DNA of 63,643 nt, from positions 1 to 63,643 of IMG/VR virus record IMGVR_UViG_3300045999_010097; one strand, 5' to 3'. The position numbers were made by a program, and so were the translations under genes. Within the stretch, counting starts at the first letter, position 1. Each line of letters starts with the position of its first letter. This document shows, piece after piece, positions 17,582-26,563 of this stretch. Source of the stretch: a virus (Duplodnaviria > Caudoviricetes). The notes beneath the pieces are model-generated. The model was not told where the DNA came from and made no database searches. It saw only the letters and a program-made list of their open reading frames with translations.

Positions 17582-19552
17582 ATGTCGTCATCGGACCCTC
17601 GTCAGGATCTCGCTCAATTCGTTTTCCTCAAGAACTACGCTCGTTTCCGCCCCGACCTCCAACGACGCGAAACGTGGGATGAGGCTTCGAAACGGGTTGT
17701 AGATATGCACCGACGTAAGTACGGGGCATTGCTTGACGACCTCACCTACGATGACATCGAGACGGCTCTTAAGAATAAAGAGATTCTACCGTCGATGCGT
17801 TCGTTTCAATTCGGTGGTGACGCCATTTTGCGCAAAAATATGCGCATTTTCAATTGTTCCTATTCATTCTTCGACCGACCTCGTTTTCTCGCCGAAGCCG
17901 TGTGGTTGCTGTTGTGCGGTACAGGTGTTGGGTTTTCGGTTCAGAAGCACCACATCGCTAAATTGCCCCGTCTCATCGGTCCGAATCACGACACCATCAA
18001 GCACGTTGTTGACGACTCAATCGAGGGCTGGGCTGATGCCTTCGACGTGTTGTTGCAGTCCTATATCGCGGGCTCTGCGGTGGTTCGGTTCGACTACTCC
18101 AAGGTCCGCCCCGAAGGTGCGGCGTTGTCCTCGTCGTCGGCCAAGGCCCCCGGTCCCAAGCCGCTGCGGGACTCGCTTGAAGCCGTGCGGGCGTTGCTTG
18201 AGCGTGTTGTGGGGTTCGGTGGAGTCATCGCCCCCATCGACGCCTATGACATGGTCATGCACGCTGCCCTGTGCGTCCGTGCCGGTGGTGTGCGCCGTTC
18301 AGCGACGATTGCGTTGTTCTCGCCCGATGACGAAGCCATGATGCAGGCAAAGACCGGTGATTGGTTCGTCACCAATTCGCAACGTCGTCTAAGCAATAAC
18401 TCGGCGCTGCTGGTCCGGGCTACCGCCTCACGCGATGAGTTCGCCAAGCTGCTGGGTTTTACCCGCGACTTCGGCGAACCTGGATTCTTCTTTTCGAATT
18501 CAACCGAACACGGGACTAATCCGTGCGCGGAGATCGGACTTTACCCCGTCGACGAGCGAACTGGCACGACGGGTTGGGCCATGTGCAACCTAACCTCGGT
18601 AAATGTCGCTGCTTGCAAAGACCTAGACTCGTTCTTGGATGCTTGCGGCAACGCAGCGGTGCTTGGCACCCTGCAAGCGGGGTATACCAATACGGATTAT
18701 CTCGGCCCGACTTCGCAGTACATCATCGAGCGTGATGCGTTGCTTGGTGTGTCATTGACCGGTATGGCGGATAATCCTAGTCTGGCTTTCGATACCGATG
18801 CACTTCGATACGGTGCGCAACGTGTTAAGACCGTTAACATCGCGGTGGCTCGTTATATCGGTATCCGTTCTGCCGCTCGACTCACCACGGTGAAACCAGA
18901 GGGCACGGGGTCACTCGCCCTCGGTGTCGGCAACGGCATTCACCCGCATCATTCGCGTCGTTATTTGCGACACGTCGAGGGCGGAAAGTTGACCGACCCG
19001 TTGGTGGCCTTCATTAAGAAACACATCCCTGAAGCAGTCGTACCGTCGGCTTATACTCGTGACGAGTACAAGATTGTGTTTCCGGTTGACCTCGGGGAAG
19101 GACCGTTGTGGTTGAAAGCCGAGACTTCTGCGGTGGAACATCTTGGCAAGGTCAAATTTGTTTACGAAAACTGGGTGCAACCAGGCACTACACGTGGCGA
19201 TTTGACACACAATGTCAGCAACACTATCGTGGTGCGCCCCGAGGAATGGGCAGCGGTCGGCGAGTTCGTGTGGGAGAATAAGCAATCCTTCGGCGGTGTA
19301 GCAATGTTGGGCTCGTCGGGAGATCTCGACTATCCCCAGGCCCCCTTCGTTGAAGTGCTGGACGAGTACCAGATTCGCGAGAAGTATCCGGACGATGTTG
19401 TTCGTGCCACCAAGGCGTTGTGTGTCCTTGAGGACTTCCGTCAACTTCGAGCGAAGTGGGTGGCTTTGCCTTGGTCGGCGCTTCGCGAAGACCATGACGA
19501 AGCCGGTGGTGTCGAAGTCGTGGCCTGTGCGGGTGGTGCCTGCACATTCTAA
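17582..19552 (+). CDS. nrdJ: Class II (adenosylcobalamin-dependent) ribonucleotide reductase
   Basis: RRETW, NCS, GTGVGFS, RRSA, GEPG, catalytic TNPCAEI, CNL, KPEGT, C-terminal ACAGGAC; no R2 subunit gene nearby. Confidence 0.9.
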   Translation: MSSSDPRQDLAQFVFLKNYARFRPDLQRRETWDEASKRVVDMHRRKYGALLDDLTYDDIETALKNKEILPSMRSFQFGGDAILRKNMRIFNCSYSFFDRPRFLAEAVWLLLCGTGVGFSVQKHHIAKLPRLIGPNHDTIKHVVDDSIEGWADAFDVLLQSYIAGSAVVRFDYSKVRPEGAALSSSSAKAPGPKPLRDSLEAVRALLERVVGFGGVIAPIDAYDMVMHAALCVRAGGVRRSATIALFSPDDEAMMQAKTGDWFVTNSQRRLSNNSALLVRATASRDEFAKLLGFTRDFGEPGFFFSNSTEHGTNPCAEIGLYPVDERTGTTGWAMCNLTSVNVAACKDLDSFLDACGNAAVLGTLQAGYTNTDYLGPTSQYIIERDALLGVSLTGMADNPSLAFDTDALRYGAQRVKTVNIAVARYIGIRSAARLTTVKPEGTGSLALGVGNGIHPHHSRRYLRHVEGGKLTDPLVAFIKKHIPEAVVPSAYTRDEYKIVFPVDLGEGPLWLKAETSAVEHLGKVKFVYENWVQPGTTRGDLTHNVSNTIVVRPEEWAAVGEFVWENKQSFGGVAMLGSSGDLDYPQAPFVEVLDEYQIREKYPDDVVRATKALCVLEDFRQLRAKWVALPWSALREDHDEAGGVEVVACAGGACTF

Positions 19553-19568
19553 ATGGTAGGCTATCAGG

Positions 19569-20186
19569 GTGACCAATAAAACTCACCCTGTTAGTGCTCC
19601 CCCCGCCGTCGTGGCTGAACTGGCCTCGGCGGCGGTTGCCGTCGCAAGACATGATGCCGACCCCTTGGCGCCTGTGGCTGCGCTCGCCCCGATTGATTTG
19701 AGTCCTTCCGGTGTACCCGTACCCATCGAAATGGATGACGAGGTATATGCGTTACACATGGCAGGTTACACACCGAGCCAAGTAGCCCATCATTTCACCA
19801 AAGTCACTGGTCGACGTTGGACCGTCGAGGATGTGGACCTTTCCATTGGCAGAGTTGCTCAAGCCAATATCGGTCGGACGCAGGCCCAACTCACGTTCGC
19901 GGCTCAGCTCGAACTCGATCGTATGGATGCTGCGCTAAAAGCAATCTGGCCTTCGGTGCAGGACGGCAACCTACAGGCGATGGACCGCTGGTTGAAGTTG
20001 TCGGCGGAACGCCGGAAAATGCTGGGTCTGGACGCCCCCGACGTGCAGGTTCAGCTTCGCCTCGGTGCTGGTGGTGACGTAGACTATTCGACTCTCAGCA
20101 CGGACGAATTGAAAACTCTACAAGCCCTGCAACGTAAAGCCTCTTCAGCATCACGTCAAAAGGTGGTTCGTGGTAGGCAGGAATGA
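19569..20186 (+). CDS. Putative terminase small subunit
   Basis: HTH-like N-terminus; LELDRMD..LKAIW....GNLQAMDR.LK....RRKMLGLDAP and DYSTLSTDEL tail typical of TerS-like phage proteins. Confidence 0.55.
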   Translation: MTNKTHPVSAPPAVVAELASAAVAVARHDADPLAPVAALAPIDLSPSGVPVPIEMDDEVYALHMAGYTPSQVAHHFTKVTGRRWTVEDVDLSIGRVAQANIGRTQAQLTFAAQLELDRMDAALKAIWPSVQDGNLQAMDRWLKLSAERRKMLGLDAPDVQVQLRLGAGGDVDYSTLSTDELKTLQALQRKASSASRQKVVRGRQE

Positions 20187-20859
20187 CTTACCGAGTCACC
20201 TTCGAGCCGAGGTGACGTTATGGGAGGATTACTTCCGGTCTAAGGGCCAAGACCCTACTCGTGTGGAGTACCCTGATTCGGAGTACTTCGTATTCGATGT
20301 GCTTGCGTCTCGCTCGTTGACGGTCAGATTGTCCTGCCTCAATGCCATCAATGAATGGTATGAACGCCATCTCGATCGACCGGGGCCGTTTCGCCAAAAT
20401 CCTTGGGGCTACCCGTTACTCACTCGGTTTTTGCCGGTCACGTTCGGCGAGGCGTTTCAAGCCATCGCAGCCCTGCCCGACCCGGATCGAGGTTATATGG
20501 CGTTGGTTTTGGTGTGCCGTTTCTCGGCAAAGGACGTTGTCGCTTGGAACGGCTTCGCGCCGCAACGCCCTAATCTGGTTGAACACGATGACCTGCATGT
20601 ACCGGTTACCGATACGGTAGTGAAGTGGCTAACACCGTGGCGTCGTCCGGATAAAAAACGCCTAAACGCAGCACTGGCACAGGTTCCATGGTCCGTTACG
20701 GATTTGCATGGGGCTTTGTTCGCTGAACTCGAACGACGTCAAGTACCTGAAGTGACGCGAGCTTCTTTATACGGACGTTGGTCGGCCATGAAGTTTCAAT
20801 CCGCTACCAAACGAGTGGGTTTCTTTAGGGGGCCTTTACCTGGGATCGGTCCAAATTAG
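20170..20859 (+). CDS. Tyrosine-recombinase-fold protein with degenerate active site
   Basis: Spacing resembles XerC/Int (S..T...L.AI..WY; LP..T..E; DR.++.L; VP+; DL....F...L....V.......LYG), but catalytic R, HxxR, H and Y are absent. Confidence 0.5.
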   Translation: MVGRNDLPSHLRAEVTLWEDYFRSKGQDPTRVEYPDSEYFVFDVLASRSLTVRLSCLNAINEWYERHLDRPGPFRQNPWGYPLLTRFLPVTFGEAFQAIAALPDPDRGYMALVLVCRFSAKDVVAWNGFAPQRPNLVEHDDLHVPVTDTVVKWLTPWRRPDKKRLNAALAQVPWSVTDLHGALFAELERRQVPEVTRASLYGRWSAMKFQSATKRVGFFRGPLPGIGPN

Positions 20860-21133
20860 TCGGCCAGGGGACCCAGGGGGTCCCATTCAGATCCGCTGGG
20901 AAAATGACTTTGTTTTGGAGCCCCTAGCGTAATAGTTCGAAGACGTACTCAAAAACCGAGACGAAACGATTTGGGTTTTTTGATGGGTTTTCCCACAATT
21001 CTTCAGCGAAAGTTTCAAGTTTTACGCCGAGTTTCGCGCCGAGTTTTTATTGAAAAGTCCGCCAAACTTTCTAAGTAATTCAGTTGAGTTCGTCCTACTT
21101 TACGCGGCATTTTTATTGGATGTTTTTGTTGGA

Positions 21134-21181
21134 ATTGCGCCAAAGATTGCGCCAAAGATTGCGCCAGATTGTTGGCGCAAT
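21134..21181. repeat. Iteron-like 12-bp repeats with one inverted copy
   Basis: ATTGCGCCAAAG x2, ATTGCGCCAG, then inverted TGGCGCAAT, inside a T-tract-rich non-coding region (20860-21420). Confidence 0.75.
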
Positions 21182-21720
21182 TCGGCGGTTTTGTCTTAGT
21201 TTTTATATTGTTTTGGGTTGGAAAAGTAGGGGCGGTTTTGTATTTTTTCTCGGTTGCTTTTTTATGACCGGAACGGTCCTGAGAGCGAGTTTGGCTGAGC
21301 CAGGCCAAAAATTTTGGTTGGCCGAGCCGCATCGGTTGGCTTTGGCGGGCAAAAATTTTTTGGGCCTATAGGAACTTTTTGAGGGGGTCTGGGGCGCTGT
21401 TGGTCACTTCGGGCATCCCGAAGTCACCCCCTGCAAACCCCGTGCCAAGCGCCTAAAATGGCTTTGCAAAGCCATTTTTTCGTGTTTTTGACGGTGCGCA
21501 AGGCCCGGTTTTCGGCATCGCCCACGGCATCGCCCACGGCATCGGTTAGTGTGCGGTTTGACACTGTGCCAACGTACACACTGGGCGAAACCACACTAGG
21601 GCGAAAACGCACACTACGGATCGGGCAGTGGTTGGATCGTGCGGCATATTGCCGCGTGATCTCCCGATCGGGCCTAAGTGTGTAGATCTCCACAGATCTG
21701 TCGTCGCACGAACAAAACAC

Positions 21721-21749
21721 TTGACGCGATCGCGATCGTGCTTCATGCT
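21721..21749 (+). promoter_or_regulatory. Sigma70-like promoter for the amidoligase module
   Basis: TTGACG-N17-CATGCT; the spacer holds two CGATCG sites. Confidence 0.45.
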
Positions 21750-21789
21750 CGCGCCACAATCGACAACCCGCACACTAGGAGCCGCTCGA

Positions 21790-22221
21790 ATGCCTATCTT
21801 CATCGCCGTCATCCTCGCACCGATCGCCACTATCCTTGCCGTCGTCGCTGCTATGTCTCCGATCGCCTATGCCGTCGCCGTCGGCATCGTTGGCGTTGCC
21901 TTGTTCGCTACGTCGTCGTCGTCGCCCACGGCCTATCTTACCGATACGGGTCCGATCGTCGACTCCGTCGCTACACCGATCGGTGTAGCGGCCGTCCGAG
22001 CCGACCGCGTCGTCCGCGTCGGGGGACTGTCGGTTCGCATTGCGGCGCCGGTTTGGGCCGACGCGGACGACGTGGCGATCGCCCGATCGGCGTTGTTGCG
22101 CGAGTTGGCTCACCTGGAATCGTGCATCGAAAACGCGCGCCGATCGCGGCATCGCACGCGGTGCTCGCAATATCTCGGCCGCTATGCGGCGGTATCTGCC
22201 CGATTGGACGCTTTGCAATGA
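21790..22221 (+). CDS. Membrane protein (two N-terminal hydrophobic helices)
   Basis: ATG at 21790 after CACACTAGGAGCC RBS; MPIFIAVILAPIATILAVV... Confidence 0.65.
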   Translation: MPIFIAVILAPIATILAVVAAMSPIAYAVAVGIVGVALFATSSSSPTAYLTDTGPIVDSVATPIGVAAVRADRVVRVGGLSVRIAAPVWADADDVAIARSALLRELAHLESCIENARRSRHRTRCSQYLGRYAAVSARLDALQ

Positions 22222-22231
22222 CACCGATTGA

Positions 22232-22261
22232 CCCTAACCCCTAACCCCTAACCCCTAACCC
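22232..22261. repeat. (CCCTAAC)n telomere-like, G-quadruplex-forming repeat
   Basis: Minus strand reads GGGTTAGGGGTTAGGGGTTAGGGGTTAGGG. Confidence 0.85.
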
Positions 22262-22283
22262 GTACACACTAGGAGCCAATACC

Positions 22284-23993
22284 ATGCCTACCGACACCGA
22301 TACGACCGACACCGATACCGCCGACACCGCTACCGCTACCGCCGACACCGCTACCGCTACCGCCGACACCGCTACCGCTACCGCTACCGCTACCGCTATC
22401 CCGACGACGCCGCGTGTCAATCGGAAAGTGTGCCAAAAATGCGGCGCAGAATGCGAGCGTCGATTTTGGGTTCACACATCCGCCGACAATCACTCACACC
22501 GTGAACTCTGGTGCTCGTCGTGTCTCGCATCGGACGCGATCGCGTGCTCTCACGCCTATCCGTCACAGCGATGGGCTCGCAGTGTGAGTGTGCGGGCCGC
22601 GTCCGGTGGCACGGCATCCCCCCGTGCGATCGCGGCGTGTGGTTGGGTGCCTTGTCGCGGATGCGGTGCATACCATTATCCATATGACGCGATCGTGGCG
22701 CTCAGCGCCGACGATGTAGTGCATGACGCGTGTGATGGATGTGTCGATTGCTACGTGCCTCGGACGTATCGCGTGCCCGTGGGGTTGCCTCACGGTGGCA
22801 TCGTCCAGGCCGATCGGCGTCATCCGATGATCCGATCGGTCCGGACCGCTAGCGGGGGCACGTCGCAATGGCGATACGACCCGATCGTCCGATCGTGCCC
22901 CGGATGTGGCGCCGAGTGGCTCGCAGCGGCTTGCTGGGCGACGTCGTGGCGTCCATTGCCGCTAGACTCCGACGACGTGACCCACGGACCTCGTGAGGTC
23001 GCGGTCTGCCCGGCGTGTCATACGAATGCGACGGCGGGTGACGGAGGCGATCCGATCCTGGGGTACGGGTCGTCCTTTGGACGCGTGCATCCGATCGGTT
23101 CCGTCGATGGTAAATTGACGCAACGTGGAACGGATCCGAAACGCGCTAAGGCCGATCGCGGTTATACCGTGCCGCTGTTGTTTGGCGTAGAAGTGGAAAT
23201 TGCGTGCCCTGATTCCACGCCTACACCTGAGCACGTGAACAGACACGCTAGGTTGTCGCTTGGCACGGTATATGCTGAGGGGAAACGTGACTCAAGCATC
23301 GCACCGCGTGGTGTGGAAATCGTGACGCATCCGGCGACGATCGGCGCGCATCGTATCGCGTGGGGCAATTGGCGCCCACCGGTGGGCGCCGTCGCGAATG
23401 AGTCTTGTGGCTTGCACGTACACATCTCCCGATCGGCGTTGACAACCGGGCAGATCGATCGGCTTGCCTACTTGCTCTCACGGCGTCACGACCTTAGTCG
23501 ATGGTCCACCATTTTCCGTCGACAACCGAATAGCTACGCCAAAGCCATGCCCGTCGGTTCGTTTCCGCGTCGACGATGGAAAGACGTGGCGTCGGACCGG
23601 TACCACGTGCTCAATTTGGCCGGACGTGAGACGATAGAGATCCGATGGCCGCGCGGGACGGTTCGCGGTGACGTCATTTTAGCAACAATCGAATTAATGC
23701 ACATTATGTGCCACTATGTAGCGGCGGGGAATCCGGGGGGGTCGCATACATCGTCGGCGTTGTGTCTGGACGCGCTGTTGCGTTGGATCACGACGTCGCC
23801 GTGGGCGAGGTCGGAGACCCGAACATTGCGACCGTATCTGGTAAGCCGTGGCATTTTGCCGCAAGAAAAGAACGCCAAACCGACAACTTCCGCCGTCGAC
23901 GACGGCACTGAAGCGCACGGGACGACGGGCCCGCTACTCGGGTCACGATCGGGCTGGTCGGCGTTGCGGGATGCTCTCGCTGATACACACTGA
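22284..23993 (+). CDS. Putative amidoligase (COOH-NH2 ligase, glutamine-synthetase fold) with T/A/D repeat and Zn-ribbon N-terminus
   Basis: FGVEVE, DSSI..GVEIVTHP, SCGLHVHIS, RYHVLN, TIEIR; multiple CxxC; N-terminal hexamer repeats (TDTATATA). Confidence 0.85.
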   Translation: MPTDTDTTDTDTADTATATADTATATADTATATATATAIPTTPRVNRKVCQKCGAECERRFWVHTSADNHSHRELWCSSCLASDAIACSHAYPSQRWARSVSVRAASGGTASPRAIAACGWVPCRGCGAYHYPYDAIVALSADDVVHDACDGCVDCYVPRTYRVPVGLPHGGIVQADRRHPMIRSVRTASGGTSQWRYDPIVRSCPGCGAEWLAAACWATSWRPLPLDSDDVTHGPREVAVCPACHTNATAGDGGDPILGYGSSFGRVHPIGSVDGKLTQRGTDPKRAKADRGYTVPLLFGVEVEIACPDSTPTPEHVNRHARLSLGTVYAEGKRDSSIAPRGVEIVTHPATIGAHRIAWGNWRPPVGAVANESCGLHVHISRSALTTGQIDRLAYLLSRRHDLSRWSTIFRRQPNSYAKAMPVGSFPRRRWKDVASDRYHVLNLAGRETIEIRWPRGTVRGDVILATIELMHIMCHYVAAGNPGGSHTSSALCLDALLRWITTSPWARSETRTLRPYLVSRGILPQEKNAKPTTSAVDDGTEAHGTTGPLLGSRSGWSALRDALADTH

Positions 23994-24023
23994 CCCCACA
24001 CAACCACGATAGGAGCGGAACCA

Positions 24024-24935
24024 ATGTGCCTCATTGTTGACCAACACAAAAACACACCGCTAACCGATGAAGAATTGCGATCGGTATACCGTAAGAATTC
24101 CGACGGCATGGGGGCTGTGTACACTGAACGCGGCCGCTTGAAGGCATGGCGATATGTGCCGAAAAATGCCGACGACGCGATCGCGGCGTACCGCGTCACG
24201 CTGGACCGGGCAGACGATCGCGTCGTCTGGCACTGGCGCTTCGCAACACACGGCGTGGTGTCCGTGGCGATGTCGCACCCTTTCGGGTTGCCGTTTGGGG
24301 CTTATCTTCTACATAACGGCGTCCTAGGGGCCTGGGGGAATCGTGCCGCGTCGGGTGAATCGGACACGGCTTGCCTAGCGCGACATATTGCCGCAATCGC
24401 GACGCACGCGAGCACATATGACGATCCTAGGTTTCGGGCATGGTTGGCGCGGGAAGTGCAAGGGTCCGCTGTCTTAATCGTGCGACGATCGCCCGATGAC
24501 GGGCGAATGGTGGTCGACCGATACGGTAACGAGGGGATCCACCATGCCGATCGTTGGCTGAGCAATACCTATGCCGGACCGTCGAGTCTGTATCCTCCTC
24601 CGGTCTGGACGCCGCGCCAATGGTCCCCCCCGTCGTCGGGGCTGCGCCTTGACAGGCCGGGTATACCATGGGGCCCCGGTACCGTGGCTGAGCTTGCGTC
24701 GACGATCGCGGCAACAGGGTGGCATGGTAAATGGGCCCTGGAGTCGGATGACGTCGACGTGGTGAGGTGGGGTATCGGCGAATGGTGCTCCGAGCAATCC
24801 GCCGATGGTCTAACCGTCGCTGTACGCGAATGCCACGGCGGACGGGTCATGCTAACCGTATCGGGCGATGCTTGGGTCGCTTGGGTCAATCGTCGTCGCC
24901 AGCTTGCCCGATCGTCTTGGGCTTGGGGGGATTGA
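24024..24935 (+). CDS. Class II (Ntn) glutamine amidotransferase
   Basis: Catalytic Cys2 (MCLI), NSDGMG, HWRFATHG, HPF, HNG, SDT. Confidence 0.9.
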   Translation: MCLIVDQHKNTPLTDEELRSVYRKNSDGMGAVYTERGRLKAWRYVPKNADDAIAAYRVTLDRADDRVVWHWRFATHGVVSVAMSHPFGLPFGAYLLHNGVLGAWGNRAASGESDTACLARHIAAIATHASTYDDPRFRAWLAREVQGSAVLIVRRSPDDGRMVVDRYGNEGIHHADRWLSNTYAGPSSLYPPPVWTPRQWSPPSSGLRLDRPGIPWGPGTVAELASTIAATGWHGKWALESDDVDVVRWGIGEWCSEQSADGLTVAVRECHGGRVMLTVSGDAWVAWVNRRRQLARSSWAWGD

Positions 24936-24971
24936 CCGAGGTCGACCGAAACTAGGTCGACCTAGACTTAG

Positions 24972-24999
24972 ACCGGACCCATAAGGGTCCGGTTTTTTT
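24972..24999 (+). terminator. Rho-independent terminator
   Basis: ACCGGACCC-ATAA-GGGTCCGGT followed by a T-run. Confidence 0.85.
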
Positions 25000-25101
25000 G
25001 TGTGGTATGATATGGTTGCAAATTCCATGCCAATAGCAATAATCGTGCCACGATCAAACAGGGCCGCTATAACGGCATTATGTCCGCTATAACAGACACA
25101 C

Positions 25102-25353
25102 ACGGCGCGGCATTATGCCGCACCGATCGGGCATTGACACGGTCCTGTGGTCTTGGTAGGATCGCGGTCGAGGCGACTAGGCTCCGATCTAGATCGGTTC
25201 CAATCGGAACGGCACCATCGGATCCGCTACAACGGTCGGCCCCGTACCGTATCGCGTTGACATAATGCGGTTTAAATCGGGGGATGACCCTCCGATGCCA
25301 AACCGATCGGATCCGATCGGTTTGGAATTGCTACGGCGCGGCATTATGCCGCA
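25102..25353. repeat. 21-bp direct repeat containing palindrome GCGGCA-N3-TGCCGC
   Basis: ACGGCGCGGCATTATGCCGCA at 25102-25122 and 25333-25353; same palindrome at 21641-21655. Confidence 0.8.
25134..25162 (+). promoter_or_regulatory. Sigma70-like promoter with no convincing downstream ORF
   Basis: TTGACA-N17-TAGGAT, 12 bp after the palindrome. Confidence 0.5.
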
Positions 25354-25861
25354 TGGTCTTATGTGGGGGGTAGATCTACCTTGACAAAAAATTGCGCAAG
25401 GTGGGGGGTCCCGGAATCGGATGGGTCGCTATCGGATTTCCCCTGATCCCCGAACCATCCAAGCCCGTCCAAGCCCATCCAAGTCCGTCTAAGCCCAGGG
25501 GTGTCTTTTTAAACCCCACCCCCATGAAAATAGGGTCCCTAGTCAGGGCATACCCATTTCACAGCTACGGTATCGGGACCGATAGGTCTCGTGATGAGCT
25601 GACATTTGGCGTAGTGCATAGCCACAACCTCAGTCGGATTCAGAATAAGGCGAAGCAGGAAAGCGAGGATCAGCACGGTACACTCCACGCACCAGGCGGT
25701 CCAATTCGCGATGTACGAATTGATTTGCCTGCTCCATAGAGCTTACCGTAAACACGAAAATACCATCCGTCAAGATCCTGGCGGTCCCGTCTTTTTGTCG
25801 GTTGCAAGCGAAGTCGGTTCCCGTGCGAATGAGTCCTGGTACCGCTACCGGTAGGCACGGT

Positions 25862-26116
25862 TCAGCGAGGGATTCGGTTGCCATCGGCGTCGAAGTAGGT
25901 GACATCTTTTTTAGCCAGTTTCTTCACTAGGAGTTCGGAGGATTCTTGTTCGGCGGTTCCGTCCAAGTCGGACCAGCCCCACCAACGACGTACTTCAATT
26001 CGCCACGGGTAACTCCAATTGACGCGAGGCAGATATCGAATTCGATATCGGGCTTCGGGTCGAAGGCTGCCGTTGAAAACGGCCATGGACGTGTTTGGTT
26101 GGTCAGAGGTCGTCAT
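25862..26116 (-). CDS. Hypothetical protein
   Basis: AAGGAAG RBS; overlaps the upstream gene's stop. Confidence 0.55.
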   Translation of the reverse strand: MTTSDQPNTSMAVFNGSLRPEARYRIRYLPRVNWSYPWRIEVRRWWGWSDLDGTAEQESSELLVKKLAKKDVTYFDADGNRIPR

Positions 26117-26270
26117 GAGCTTCCTTGATAGCCTTGGATTTATGTCGTCGGATAGCTCGCCTCGTTAGGCGTTTGACATGGCGTCGGGCTCGTGGCGAGC
26201 CGTTGCAGTACCGGCACAGACACGCCGCGAAACCTTTCATATTTGCTTCCGCTCGACTTTTGGCGTCCAT
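26103..26270 (-). CDS. Small basic Cys-containing protein
   Basis: MDAKSRAE...CLCRYC...; starts 1 nt after the upstream stop. Confidence 0.5.
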   Translation of the reverse strand: MDAKSRAEANMKGFAACLCRYCNGSPRARRHVKRLTRRAIRRHKSKAIKEAHDDL

Positions 26271-26271
26271 G

Positions 26272-26520
26272 TCAAACCACTTCGCCCAAGATATCCACCG
26301 ATTGTACGACACACTTGTCATGGGTCGGAGACACCACCAACCATGTTTCGCCACCAGCATGGGTCACCAACACTTTAGGTCCGGATACGGCTTTGACCGT
26401 CCCGTCCAATGGAAAGAAATGACCCTTGAGTTGAAAGCGGAAGCGAACATCCTTTCCGACATAGCGGCGGAAGTAGGCTGGGCCTTGGGTCGCTTCGAGG
26501 TTCTTCTTCAAGATTCGCAT
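26272..26520 (-). CDS. Hypothetical protein
   Basis: AGGAGG RBS before ATG 26520 (MRILKKN...). Confidence 0.55.
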   Translation of the reverse strand: MRILKKNLEATQGPAYFRRYVGKDVRFRFQLKGHFFPLDGTVKAVSGPKVLVTHAGGETWLVVSPTHDKCVVQSVDILGEVV

Positions 26521-26563
26521 TCGAGCCTCCTGGCCTGAAGGATAGCCACGGTGAAGGGGCCGT

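Noticed and set aside
20170-20859. Functional integrase / temperate lifestyle
   Set aside because: Catalytic residues are missing, and no repressor or att context is evident
20860-21780. ORFs 21015-21332, 21084-21371, 21424-21759, 21458-21685
   Set aside because: No RBS, repeat-derived low-complexity translations; the region looks non-coding
21420-25500. Cyanobacterial host inferred from HIP1 (GCGATCGC)
   Set aside because: Enrichment is mostly the CGATCG hexamer with varied flanks and is confined to one module; not enough to assign a host
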